Part shown: positions 8,620 to 17,101 of the stretch, piece after piece
Layout of the letters: each line of letters begins with the position of its first letter
How positions within the stretch are numbered: the stretch's first letter is position 1
DNA from: an archaeon
GTDB lineage: Archaea > Iainarchaeota > Iainarchaeia > Iainarchaeales > CSSED10-239
NCBI GenBank assembly: GCA_041657425.1
Contig: JBBABY010000006.1
Span: 4,142-36,141, forward strand
Length of the DNA stretch: 32,000 nt
Direction: 5' to 3'
Notes under the pieces: generated by a model
The model's input: only the letters and a program-made list of their open reading frames with translations
What the model was told of the DNA's origin: nothing
The model's database searches: none
Translations under genes and position numbers: made by a program

Positions 8620-9285
8620 ATGACAAAACAATTAGTAGCAGGGGTAGACGAAGCAGGAAGGGGTTGTGTGCTAGGCCCATTACTCTTGTGTGTTTGTGTT
8701 ATTGATAAAGACAAGGAAAAGATGTTTAAAGATGCAGGAGTTAAGGATTCTAAGCTTTTGTCACCACAGAAAAGAGAAGAGTTATTTGAGTTGATTAAGA
8801 AAGAAGCAGAGGACTATAAGATTATTGCAATTCCTGCAGAAGAACTAAATGTTTTAATGGATAGATTCTCACTTAACGAGATAGAAGCACAAAAGGCGTG
8901 TTTTGCCATAAGCAAACTAAAAGCAAAGCCAGAAGTTGTTGTCTTTGATTCTCCTGATACTTCCACAGAGCATTTTACCAAAAGAATAAAAGATAACCTA
9001 AAAGCGATATCTTGCGATTATAATTTCAAAATTGTTTCTGAGCATAAAGCTGACCTTAATCACGTTTCTGTTTCCTGTGCATCAATTCTTGCCAAAGTTA
9101 CAAGAGATGTGTTGTTAAAAGATTTAGTCAAAAGTAACATCTCAGGGTATTCTTCAGACCCAAGAACAATTGATTTTTTAAAAGACTATTTCAAGAAGAA
9201 CAAGAGCTTTCCAAGTTACACTAGAATGAAATGGAAAACAATAGACAATATTGTTAAAGACGCCTTCCAGAGAAAGCTTCTCTAA
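8620..9285 (+). CDS. rnhB: ribonuclease HII
   Basis: 221 aa. N-terminal catalytic motif GVDEAGRGCVLGPL, plus downstream DSKLL and a SCASILAKVTRD-type motif. Confidence 0.9.
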   Translation: MTKQLVAGVDEAGRGCVLGPLLLCVCVIDKDKEKMFKDAGVKDSKLLSPQKREELFELIKKEAEDYKIIAIPAEELNVLMDRFSLNEIEAQKACFAISKLKAKPEVVVFDSPDTSTEHFTKRIKDNLKAISCDYNFKIVSEHKADLNHVSVSCASILAKVTRDVLLKDLVKSNISGYSSDPRTIDFLKDYFKKNKSFPSYTRMKWKTIDNIVKDAFQRKLL

Positions 9286-9287
9286 TT

Positions 9288-9890
9288 TTAAATCAAATGA
9301 AAGATTGCTTGCACACCAGAGATAATATAGTTAACTCCCCATGCTAAGGTGATAAGCCCCATGATCGTTGTTACTACTTGTATGGTTGTTTTTGCTTTGG
9401 AAGTGATGTCGTGATAGACAACTGATAAGTAAAATAGCAATCCAACAATTGCTAGAATTACTCCGATTGCAATTCCTGTAAGTAATTTTCCATAGTCCGC
9501 GGATGAAATGATGATTGCAGTGATTGTTGCTGGTCCGCTGATAAGTGGTGTTGCGATGATTGAAGCAATGGCGTGAACAGAGTCTCCTTCCATTTTTTCA
9601 ATGTCTGTAATTGATTTTCCTAAGGACATGTTAATTCCAAGAATTACTAAAATGATTCCTCCTGCAATCTTAAAGCTATTAATGTCTGTGCTAAAAATTT
9701 GTAAAAGATTTTCTCCAAAGAACAAAACAAGATAAGAAATAAATGTTGCAAGGGCAACTGACAAAAGAGCAATTCTAAGCTTTTCTTTATTCTCAAAACC
9801 TTTAGTGCTAACAAAGAAAACAACAAAACTAGATAATGGATCAATGATAACAAAAAATAAAACAATTAATCCTATTAATTTTGATATCAT
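9288..9890 (-). CDS. MarC-family (UPF0056) integral membrane protein
   Basis: 200 aa with about 6 hydrophobic segments. The layout and the DPLSS / ATPLISGPATIT motifs resemble the MarC family. The family call is from memory. Confidence 0.6.
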   Translation of the reverse strand: MISKLIGLIVLFFVIIDPLSSFVVFFVSTKGFENKEKLRIALLSVALATFISYLVLFFGENLLQIFSTDINSFKIAGGIILVILGINMSLGKSITDIEKMEGDSVHAIASIIATPLISGPATITAIIISSADYGKLLTGIAIGVILAIVGLLFYLSVVYHDITSKAKTTIQVVTTIMGLITLAWGVNYIISGVQAIFHLI

Positions 9891-9903
9891 GTTTTCTCCG
9901 AAA

Positions 9904-9976
9904 TGGTCCTGCCCGGGTTCGGACCGGGGATCTCTACCATGTCAAGGTAACGTCATAACCGCTAGACCACAGGACC
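9904..9976 (-). tRNA. tRNA-Val (anticodon GAC)
   Basis: The reverse complement GGTCCTGTGGTCTAGCGGTTATGACGTTACCTTGACATGGTAGAGATCCCCGGTCCGAACCCGGGCAGGACCA folds by hand: acceptor GGTCCTG/CAGGACC, anticodon loop TTGACAT. The T-loop reads TCCGAAC. It is wedged between two minus-strand membrane genes with 13-nt and 6-nt spacers. Confidence 0.8.
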
Positions 9977-9982
9977 AGTAAA

Positions 9983-10678
9983 TTATTTGTTTAATCTACC
10001 CATATATTTGTGTATGTGAGTCTCAATTAAATCTTTGTAATAGAATATAATTATGGACCCAACAATTATTATACCTATAAGTAATAATGACCAAAATAAA
10101 TTTAATTTAGTCAGTTGGTACCCCACCAATGTAAAAAATACAATTTCTGGTAATCTTCCTACAAAAACAATCAATGCGTATTTCTTAATATCAATATTTG
10201 TAATCCCTGCAACATAACTAAATACATCGTGTGGTAATGGTGGAATTAAGAAAAGAACAAACAAAGTTTTAGAAATATTTTCTGATTGATAATCTAGTTT
10301 CTCAATTAGATGCCTATCAACAATACTTTCTAAAAAAGGTCTTCCAAAGATTCTAGCAATTTCAAAAACAATAATCGAACCAATTAATATTCCAATAGCA
10401 GAATACAAAATCCCCCAAGCTCCAAAGATATAGCCTCCAGCAATAAGTATTGGCATGGATGGGATTAATAAAAAAATCATTTGTAAAATTTGAAGTGCAA
10501 TTAAAGCAAGTGGTGCCCACATCCCAAACTGAAGAATAAATGCTTTAACTTGAACAGGATGACTGAATGCTTCAATAAACGGGAACAGTAGAACTGCACT
10601 AATGACAAGTATAAATACAATGATTATTGTAGCAATAATTGCTTTTTTCTTAGCATCAGTTGATGAGAATATGTGCAT
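9983..10678 (-). CDS. TVP38/TMEM64 (DedA-related, SNARE-associated) membrane protein
   Basis: 231 aa polytopic protein. The segment VLFLIPPLPHDVFSYVAGITNIDIKKYALIVFVGRLP matches the family signature as I remember it. Confidence 0.65.
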   Translation of the reverse strand: MHIFSSTDAKKKAIIATIIIVFILVISAVLLFPFIEAFSHPVQVKAFILQFGMWAPLALIALQILQMIFLLIPSMPILIAGGYIFGAWGILYSAIGILIGSIIVFEIARIFGRPFLESIVDRHLIEKLDYQSENISKTLFVLFLIPPLPHDVFSYVAGITNIDIKKYALIVFVGRLPEIVFFTLVGYQLTKLNLFWSLLLIGIIIVGSIIIFYYKDLIETHIHKYMGRLNK

Positions 10679-10831
10679 GTTGTTCTGTTAGCTCGTGTAT
10701 TTTCTTAAATCAAGCTTAATTTAAGCTTATTTTAACAACCACTATATAAACATTTTGTTTTAATAATTATTATATAGCTCATTAAAGTAAATATACTTAT
10801 ATAAGCAAAAAATTAATAAATGGAGTTTAAA

Positions 10832-11440
10832 ATGGCAACCGCATCAAAATATATAAAAGAAACAATTCAAAAGGAATTTAAAAAAGAAAAAGACGATAAT
10901 TATAATTATAAAAAATTATATACCGACAGATTAATCAAATATAGACATACAAAAGAAGCAATTCTAAGATTAGAGAAACCAACAAATCTTCCAAGAGCAA
11001 GAGAATTAGGCTATAAAGCAAAGCAAGGTTTTATTGTAGTCTTGGCAAAGATTAGAAAAGGTTCAGGATTAATTAGAAGACCAGTAAATGGAAGAAAACC
11101 AAAAAGAATGGGTGTTAATAAAATTACTAGAAGAGTATCCATTCAAAGAATTGCAGAAATGAGAGCTGCAACTAAGTATCCTGGTTTAGAAGTATTAAAT
11201 TCATACTTGATTGGAGAAGACGGTCAACAAAAGTATTATGAGGTAATATTAGTTGATCCAACACATCCAAGAATCATGTCAGATAAAGATATCAACTGGA
11301 TCTGTTGGCCACAAAACAAAGGAAGAGCATACAAAGGAATTACAAGTGCAGGAAAGAAGAACAGAGGTCTTGATAAAAAAGGAATAGGTACTGAAAAGAA
11401 CAGACCATCTTTAAGAGCAAATGACAGAAAAGCAAAGTAA
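10832..11440 (+). CDS. rpl15e: 50S ribosomal protein L15e (eL15)
   Basis: RLEKPTNLPRARELGYKAKQGFIVV...RKGSG..RRPVNGRKPKRMG...LNSYLIGEDGQQKYYEVILVDPTHP is typical of L15e. I prefer the second ATG (MATASKYIKE, 10832) over the track start 10820, by analogy with MA..S.Y N-termini of archaeal L15e. Confidence 0.88.
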   Translation: MATASKYIKETIQKEFKKEKDDNYNYKKLYTDRLIKYRHTKEAILRLEKPTNLPRARELGYKAKQGFIVVLAKIRKGSGLIRRPVNGRKPKRMGVNKITRRVSIQRIAEMRAATKYPGLEVLNSYLIGEDGQQKYYEVILVDPTHPRIMSDKDINWICWPQNKGRAYKGITSAGKKNRGLDKKGIGTEKNRPSLRANDRKAK

Positions 11441-11456
11441 ATCGAGGAAAGCAAAA

Positions 11457-11729
11457 ATGAATAGTGTCATTTTAGTTGGTTCATTACAAGATTCCATTTG
11501 GATTATACTTTTTATAGTATTTTCCATTTCTATTTACGTTTGGACAAAAAAACAAATAGGTAATGAACTGATTGCTATTCTAATCACTGGTTTTTTAGTT
11601 TTTCTTTTATTTTACAGATATCCTAATTTAATTTGGCTAGTTGCAATAGGTGTTGCAATCTATTGGATATTTGGTGGGGAATTAAAAAATAGTATTAAAG
11701 GGATGTTAATTGCTGCTCCAAAAAAATGA
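11457..11729 (+). CDS. small hypothetical membrane protein (about 3 TM)
   Basis: The internal ATG at 11457 has gagga 8 nt upstream and avoids overlap with rpl15e. The product is hydrophobic (MNSVILVGSLQDSIWIILFIVFSISIYVW...). Confidence 0.5.
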   Translation: MNSVILVGSLQDSIWIILFIVFSISIYVWTKKQIGNELIAILITGFLVFLLFYRYPNLIWLVAIGVAIYWIFGGELKNSIKGMLIAAPKK

Positions 11730-11741
11730 TTTGGTAACAAT

Positions 11742-12059
11742 ATGTTTGATTTTCTAAATACGTTTATTGTTGGAATTTTAATGATTTTGTCTTCTCAATA
11801 CAATTATGATTTTTTCTCAGTAATTATTGTAATCTTGTATTCTTTGTTTTTCCCTGGGCTATCAAATTTAATTTTTGTATTTGGTTTAGCAGCAATTATC
11901 TTCTTAAAATCCGGAGAGCTATCACAACTTTGGTGGGTGGTTCTTGGAATCATTACTTTCATAATAGTTATTGCTTCAATGTTTACTAAGAAAGAAGAAG
12001 AACCAGAAGAAGGCGGAGGTTATGGAGACCTTTTAAAGATGCTTGGGAATCAGCAATAA
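11742..12059 (+). CDS. small hypothetical membrane protein with an acidic C-terminal tail
   Basis: 105 aa with three hydrophobic segments followed by KKEEEPEEGGGYGDLLKMLGNQQ. Confidence 0.5.
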   Translation: MFDFLNTFIVGILMILSSQYNYDFFSVIIVILYSLFFPGLSNLIFVFGLAAIIFLKSGELSQLWWVVLGIITFIIVIASMFTKKEEEPEEGGGYGDLLKMLGNQQ

Positions 12060-12124
12060 TTACTTATTTAAACTTATTGTAAGATAATTAAATTATTAAT
12101 AATTAAACAAAGGAGGAATAAATT

Positions 12125-12208
12125 ATGCCAAGACCAAAACCAAGAGTAATAAAAAAACCGACAAAACCAACAAAGCCAAAAATACCGCCATTTAAAAGCT
12201 CAAGATAG
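12125..12208 (+). CDS. micro-ORF, 27-aa proline/lysine-rich basic peptide (MPRPKPRVIKKPTKPTKPKIPPFKSSR)
   Basis: Not in the ORF track because it is too short. A strong SD (aaaggagg) lies 7-8 nt upstream of the ATG. Its 5' segment is 24/25 identical to the start of the gene at 16522. Confidence 0.35.
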   Translation: MPRPKPRVIKKPTKPTKPKIPPFKSSR

Positions 12209-12220
12209 AACTGATAAATT

Positions 12221-12316
12221 ATGCCAAGACCAAAACCACCAGTAAATAAGAAAAAACCATTAGGTCGACCGATTTGGGGAGTAAAGAAAGCAACACTATC
12301 TCAAAAGAAAAAATAA
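12221..12316 (+). CDS. micro-ORF, 31-aa basic peptide (MPRPKPPVNKKKPLGRPIWGVKKATLSQKKK)
   Basis: Begins with an exact 25-nt repeat (ataaattatgccaagaccaaaacca) of the preceding micro-ORF start, 96 nt downstream. It is in the same frame but separated by TAG, TGA and TAA. VKKAT aligns with GKKAT of the 16522 protein. Confidence 0.3.
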   Translation: MPRPKPPVNKKKPLGRPIWGVKKATLSQKKK

Positions 12317-12327
12317 ATTTTCTTTTT

Positions 12328-12819
12328 CTATTTCATCTTATTTAATATATTTCTATTTTCTTCTAAGATGTCTTTCATGATTTTTGTAAGACCATTCATC
12401 TGTGCTTTAATATCTATTATTTTTTCCTCAAGTTCAGAGATCTGTTTCTTAAGTTCAGTAGTATCAAAAGTAGTATTAGCTATTGGTTCAGGAGTTTTAA
12501 AGATAATTTCTTTTTCTGGTTCAGAAGAAAGGCTGGAGTTGATAACATCATTAGTTGCATTTTCAAGTTCTTCAGTAGTGGTAGTTGGCTTTGGGAGATC
12601 GACTTTTGGTAAATCTACGCTTTTTGGTTTTTCTTCAATTTTTGCAACAGGTGCTTCTTCTTTTGGTCCAGAAGTAATTTCAGAATAGTATTTATCAATA
12701 TCTGCTTGATCAACTCCAATATCCCTTAAAGTGGCAAATATAGTATCTTTATCTACGTTTGCTTCAAGCAATTCATTGATTGTATCTTTAATTAATTTAA
12801 TATCTACCATTTTTAACAA
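12328..12819 (-). CDS. hypothetical protein: small N-terminal helical domain, P/K/E/T-rich linker, C-terminal coiled coil
   Basis: 163 aa; the start may instead be the internal M4 (MVDIKL). It is longer and compositionally more plausible than the serine-rich antisense ORF 12368..12688. Divergent from the degenerate ATPase gene. Confidence 0.65.
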   Translation of the reverse strand: MLKMVDIKLIKDTINELLEANVDKDTIFATLRDIGVDQADIDKYYSEITSGPKEEAPVAKIEEKPKSVDLPKVDLPKPTTTTEELENATNDVINSSLSSEPEKEIIFKTPEPIANTTFDTTELKKQISELEEKIIDIKAQMNGLTKIMKDILEENRNILNKMK

Positions 12820-12911
12820 ATCTCCTAATTATAATAACCCTTAAAAATATATTACATATTATTTATTTAAATATCTTTTGATTTAAAATATGAATAGCTA
12901 ATAAGATAAAT

Positions 12912-14351
12912 ATGATTGCAGTAACAACGTGGGATACACTTTTTGAAGGAAAGTATGGCCAAAAGGAATTAACGATATTCTATAGTGATGATTATTTTGT
13001 TTCAATTCTTAGATTAAGAGATCAATCTAATGTTTTAATTCAACTATATAAAATCTTTGCAGTAAATGGAGATATAGAGATTTTTGCAGAAACTCTTCCA
13101 AACCAATGTATTGTTTATGAAAAGCATTTTGGTATTGGAGAGAATAACACTTATAAGTTTTTTATAGTAAATACAGAAACCGAAATTATAGATTCAACTC
13201 AAATTAATTATCATATAGAAAAAAAAATGTTACAATTAAATAAAGCTACTGGTTCAATTGTGTCTATAATTAAATCATATAATATTAAATTATTGTCTTT
13301 AAAGATGCTTTCTGAAGAAGTTAAGAATTTTTTCTTTTCAGATCCGTTCGTTATTAAAGTTTTAACTAATTCTCCAAACTCAATTGATTTTTCCACAATT
13401 TCTTCTGTTGATAAGTTATTACTAGGAAGAAAGAATGGAATAACAATAAATGCAAGTTTAGAAAATTTAAGATCAGTTCTTGTTATTGGCGGCCAAGAAG
13501 AAGACAGAATCTTTGCAATAAAAGTTATTGCTGAAAATTATCTTCTTTCTTCAAAGAAAGTCATTGTTTTTGATAATACAGGAGTTTTTAAAACTCTCTC
13601 TTATCCTCAACAAAAAGAAGAATTACTTCTAGCTTTTGAAATGAAAGTATCTCCATTTGGTTTTCCTTCAAACGTTATTGATTATTTTAAAATTAAATTG
13701 CCACTATCTACAATTCCAAAAATCGCATTTATTAGCATTTTTAAACTATCCGGGGTTTCTGAAAAAATAATTAATAAAGCATATACTGATAATCTAAAAA
13801 CAATACAAGATTTAAAAAATAATGTTATTGCTTTAGATATTGATGACGAAATTACAGACTTTGAAAAATGGAGGGTAATTTCTAAATTAAACATTTTAGA
13901 AGAAATGTATGGTAATTATTTTGGAGACACAAATCTTTCTATAATTTCTGAAGCCGCATATAAAAATATTGGATCTAGTAAAATCTTTACAGTTAACAAA
14001 AATGACCCTATGTATGTTTATTATATTTATGGATTAATTAAGCAATTATCCCAAGAAATAAAAGAAGAAATTCTAATAATAATCCCTCAAGCAAATGAAA
14101 TACTAAATAATGCAATAATTGGTGGAGAACTTTTAACCATCCTAAAAGAAAGTCCAAAGCTTAATTATTGTTTAAGTTCTGAATATGCAAATGATTTTAT
14201 GGATAAAAATCCAGCAAATGTAACAATAGAAGTAATTTCTGGAAATGATGCAGTTATCCGTTACCCAGACAAAGACCCATTAAGGCTTTTTCTTCGTCCA
14301 ACCCTGACAAGCAGTAACATAGAGATCAAAAAAGAAGAAAGCATAGTCTAA
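12912..14351 (+). CDS. catalytically degenerate paralogue of the FtsK/HerA-superfamily (DUF87-like) ATPase encoded at 22250..24823
   Basis: 479 aa. SVLVIGGQEEDRIFAIKVIAENYLLSSKKVIVFDNTGVFKTLSYPQQKEE aligns by eye with HVAIVCGKRGGGKSYAMSVLIEEFAK...LSVIVIDTVGIFWTMKYPNEEQKE of the active enzyme. FKIKL...ISIFKL aligns with FSIKT...LAVFKL. The Walker B region IWMMIDEAH is replaced by ILIIIPQAN. Confidence 0.7.
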   Translation: MIAVTTWDTLFEGKYGQKELTIFYSDDYFVSILRLRDQSNVLIQLYKIFAVNGDIEIFAETLPNQCIVYEKHFGIGENNTYKFFIVNTETEIIDSTQINYHIEKKMLQLNKATGSIVSIIKSYNIKLLSLKMLSEEVKNFFFSDPFVIKVLTNSPNSIDFSTISSVDKLLLGRKNGITINASLENLRSVLVIGGQEEDRIFAIKVIAENYLLSSKKVIVFDNTGVFKTLSYPQQKEELLLAFEMKVSPFGFPSNVIDYFKIKLPLSTIPKIAFISIFKLSGVSEKIINKAYTDNLKTIQDLKNNVIALDIDDEITDFEKWRVISKLNILEEMYGNYFGDTNLSIISEAAYKNIGSSKIFTVNKNDPMYVYYIYGLIKQLSQEIKEEILIIIPQANEILNNAIIGGELLTILKESPKLNYCLSSEYANDFMDKNPANVTIEVISGNDAVIRYPDKDPLRLFLRPTLTSSNIEIKKEESIV

Positions 14352-14540
14352 TTTTAAAAGTCCCAAAATTTGGTAAAAATCTTCAAAACCGAAACCTATA
14401 TATACTAGAAAAAAGAATAATATTTATATAGGTTTGCTTTAAGTTTGTTTTTTAATGTTAATCTCGGTTGCAAGCACTATTTTTTAAATAAAAACTTAAG
14501 ATAAAGTAAATAATAATAAAAACACAAAGGAGTGAAAAAA

Positions 14541-15446
14541 ATGGCAATGAAGTGTCCAGAGTGTGGAAAAGATAAAGTATATAAAGATCCAAGAACAGGA
14601 GAACTAGTTTGTAAGAATTGTCACACAATTATAAGTGAAGACATGGTTGATATGGGAAAGGAATGGAGAAACTTTGATCAGTCACCAGGTTCAGAACAAG
14701 CAAGATCAGGTTCACCAATGAAGTATGTTAAGATTAACAAAGGTCTTGAAACAATGATTGAAAGATCAGGAAGAGATCTTAGAGGAAATAAATTATCTTC
14801 AAAGTCAAGAGCACAAATGTATAGATTAATCAAGTGGCATAAGAGATCATCAATCTCAAACTCTATGCAAAGAAATCTTTCAATTGCTTTAACTGAACTT
14901 AGAAGAATGGGTTCTTACTTAAATATCCCAGAGTCATTAATTGAAACCTCTGCTTTACTTTACAGAAAAACAGTTGAAAAGGGATTAATAAGAGGAAGAC
15001 TAATTGAAGCAGTAGTTGCTGCAGTTCTTTATTCTGTTTGTAGAACATATAATGTTCCAAGAACATTAAATGAAATGGCAGAAGCAAGTGGATTAACAAA
15101 GAAAGAAATCGGAAGAACATATAGATTCATTGTTAAGGAATTAGAAATTGCAGTCCCTTTAACAGATCCAACCTATTACATCTCAAGATTTACTTCAGTT
15201 TTAGGTCTTTCAGGAGCTGTTGAAGAAAAAGGTAAAGAGATTGTTAAGAAAGCAATCAGTTCAGGGTTAATCTCAGGAAGAGGACCAACAGGCGTGGCTG
15301 CAGCAGCAGTTTACATTGCGGCTCTAATGGTTGGCGAGAGAAGAACTCAAAAAGAAGTTGCTAATGTTGCTGGCGTTACAGAAGTAACAATCAGAAATAG
15401 ATATAGAGAGCTTAAGGCAAAGCTTAAGTTAAACATTGATGCTTAA
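14541..15446 (+). CDS. tfb: transcription initiation factor IIB (TFB)
   Basis: N-terminal zinc ribbon CPECG...CKNCH followed by two cyclin-like repeats ending in VTEVTIRNRYREL. I prefer the ATG at 14541 (SD aaggag 8 nt upstream) over the GTG at 14532. Confidence 0.92.
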   Translation: MAMKCPECGKDKVYKDPRTGELVCKNCHTIISEDMVDMGKEWRNFDQSPGSEQARSGSPMKYVKINKGLETMIERSGRDLRGNKLSSKSRAQMYRLIKWHKRSSISNSMQRNLSIALTELRRMGSYLNIPESLIETSALLYRKTVEKGLIRGRLIEAVVAAVLYSVCRTYNVPRTLNEMAEASGLTKKEIGRTYRFIVKELEIAVPLTDPTYYISRFTSVLGLSGAVEEKGKEIVKKAISSGLISGRGPTGVAAAAVYIAALMVGERRTQKEVANVAGVTEVTIRNRYRELKAKLKLNIDA

Positions 15447-15473
15447 AATTATTTTAAGCATTCTTTTTTTTTT
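15441..15473 (+). terminator. hairpin plus T10 tract at the end of tfb
   Basis: gcttaaaa tta ttttaagc forms an 8-bp stem with a 3-nt loop (15441-15459) that contains the tfb stop codon. An uninterrupted run of 10 T follows at 15464-15473. Confidence 0.5.
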
Positions 15474-15489
15474 AATTTAATCACAATCT

Positions 15490-15512
15490 ATTTATACTTA
15501 TCGCCTAACAAT
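15490..15512 (+). promoter_or_regulatory. TATA-proximal motif atttatacttatcgcctaacaat, copy 1
   Basis: 20/23 identical to 20700..20722. It lies 64 nt upstream of the ATG at 15554 and contains a TATA-like tttatac. Confidence 0.4.
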
Positions 15513-15553
15513 ATTTCTGTAAATAATTAAATAACTTTACAAAGGAGATTATT

Positions 15554-16507
15554 ATGCCAACAATTTATAGAAAAATTAATAATGCGATTGCTTTTAAAGG
15601 GAAAATGGAAGATAGAATAGGTGCACGAGTTGACAGATATAGCCGTGACATTAGTAATAGAACGGAAGCTAATAAAGAAAGATTAGTTGATAGAAAATCC
15701 TGGAGGCCTTCAGAAAGAATAATTGATAAAAAAAGATTTACAACAGAGCATTTTATTTTAAATACAAGTATTAGAAATAAGGGGGATATCCAAAAGTTAC
15801 ATGTTGATTTCTTAGAATCCAAGCAAAAGGGAACTCAAGGAACAATAAGTGAATTAAAAACATTATTTGAAAATCTTAACGAATATGGTAAGCAGAATAA
15901 TTGTGAATATATAGATGGTATAACTTGGATCTTTGCAGAATATCCGTTGATTGCAAAGAGATTAGGTTTAACAATCGATTCAAAAAATTTAGAAGTGTAT
16001 AATAAAATAAAAAGAGAAAATGGAGTATTAAAAGTATTTGGATTAGATAAAAATGTATTAAAAACATCTTGGTCTTCTGAAAAAGCATCAGCAAAATTAA
16101 TTAAGGACCGCATAGATGGAAAATATGCTGACGGTGACAATGATTTTGACAAAGATTTTGATAGAACTTATGGTAAATCTGCTGTTTCAGCAATAAAAAA
16201 AGGTGCGGGCCCATTATGGGGAATGGCACTTATAAGTGAATCAAAAGCACCAGGTACTTCTGCAATTAAAGGCCCTACAAAACTTTTAGTAAAATCTTCA
16301 TATAAAGTATCTAAAACATCTAAATTAACAATAAATAATACAAGAAATACAACTGTATCTGCAGATCCACTTCAAGCAACTAAAAACAAAGCAACATTAG
16401 TTATTCCAATGAAATGTTTAGTAAAAACAAAAGATGGTGGAACAGAAGTAAAAACACTCCGACTTCCAAAAGAAATGTTACCTTATTTTGCAATGAGGAT
16501 TAAATGA
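15554..16507 (+). CDS. hypothetical protein (orphan, 317 aa)
   Basis: Long uninterrupted ORF with SD aaggag 8 nt upstream. No motif I recognise. Its stop overlaps the region just upstream of the next gene. Confidence 0.75.
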   Translation: MPTIYRKINNAIAFKGKMEDRIGARVDRYSRDISNRTEANKERLVDRKSWRPSERIIDKKRFTTEHFILNTSIRNKGDIQKLHVDFLESKQKGTQGTISELKTLFENLNEYGKQNNCEYIDGITWIFAEYPLIAKRLGLTIDSKNLEVYNKIKRENGVLKVFGLDKNVLKTSWSSEKASAKLIKDRIDGKYADGDNDFDKDFDRTYGKSAVSAIKKGAGPLWGMALISESKAPGTSAIKGPTKLLVKSSYKVSKTSKLTINNTRNTTVSADPLQATKNKATLVIPMKCLVKTKDGGTEVKTLRLPKEMLPYFAMRIK

Positions 16508-16521
16508 GGTGGGTGGGGATT

Positions 16522-17067
16522 ATGCCAAAACCAAAACCAAGAGCATTTTTAGCTTTAAGAAAAGCAATAACTGGGAAAAAAGCAACTCCAACAGAGTTAG
16601 GTTTCAAAAGAGATCTTCAAACAAGCAGATTAATTGATCCGAAGAAAAGTGCAATTCCAAAAATTAGAGAAAAGTCATTGAAACAAGAAGTGATAAGAAG
16701 AACAGATCTTAAAAAAAGACAATTAACTAATTGGATATCTAAATTAAATAAAGGATTAAGTGAATCTGGAAAAAAAACAAATGTTTCAGAACAAAAAGAA
16801 TCTTTGTTTAGAGAATTATTTGATAAAGAAATTTTAATACATAAAAAACAGTTAAAATTCAATCACGTTTTGTTTGAAGAAAAATTAAGAGACGCATTTA
16901 ATTCAAGATATTATTCAGAGTTACATAATACAATTGCTGCAACAGGTCCAGAAAAATTAAAAGATATAGAGTATTTGGGTGCAGAACGAATATTAAATTT
17001 TGTTTCAGTTAAATTAAAAACTCAAAAAAATATGCTGTTATTAGAAATAAAAAGAAAAATGCGATAA
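16522..17067 (+). CDS. hypothetical highly basic protein of the MP[RK]PKP family (181 aa)
   Basis: I prefer the ATG at 16522 (MPKPKPRAFLALRK...), which has a strong SD (gaggtgggtgggg) just upstream, over the track start 16504. It is K/R-rich and paralogous to the ORF at 17370. Confidence 0.7.
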   Translation: MPKPKPRAFLALRKAITGKKATPTELGFKRDLQTSRLIDPKKSAIPKIREKSLKQEVIRRTDLKKRQLTNWISKLNKGLSESGKKTNVSEQKESLFRELFDKEILIHKKQLKFNHVLFEEKLRDAFNSRYYSELHNTIAATGPEKLKDIEYLGAERILNFVSVKLKTQKNMLLLEIKRKMR

Positions 17068-17101
17068 AATAAGAAAAAGTGAATAAAATGCAATAAAGTT
17101 A

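Noticed and set aside
10713-10729. The near-palindrome aagcttaatttaagctt in the divergent spacer between the TVP38-like gene and rpl15e.
   Set aside because: It is short and built from two copies of a 6-bp self-complementary word. There is no second copy or other supporting signal in the window.
14393-14436. An 11-bp inverted repeat, aaacctatata ... tatataggttt, with a 22-nt loop, lying between the degenerate ATPase gene and tfb.
   Set aside because: The stem is almost pure A/T with a large loop in very AT-rich DNA, so it could easily arise by chance. At best it is a weak terminator or operator candidate; a T6 run follows at 14449-14454.
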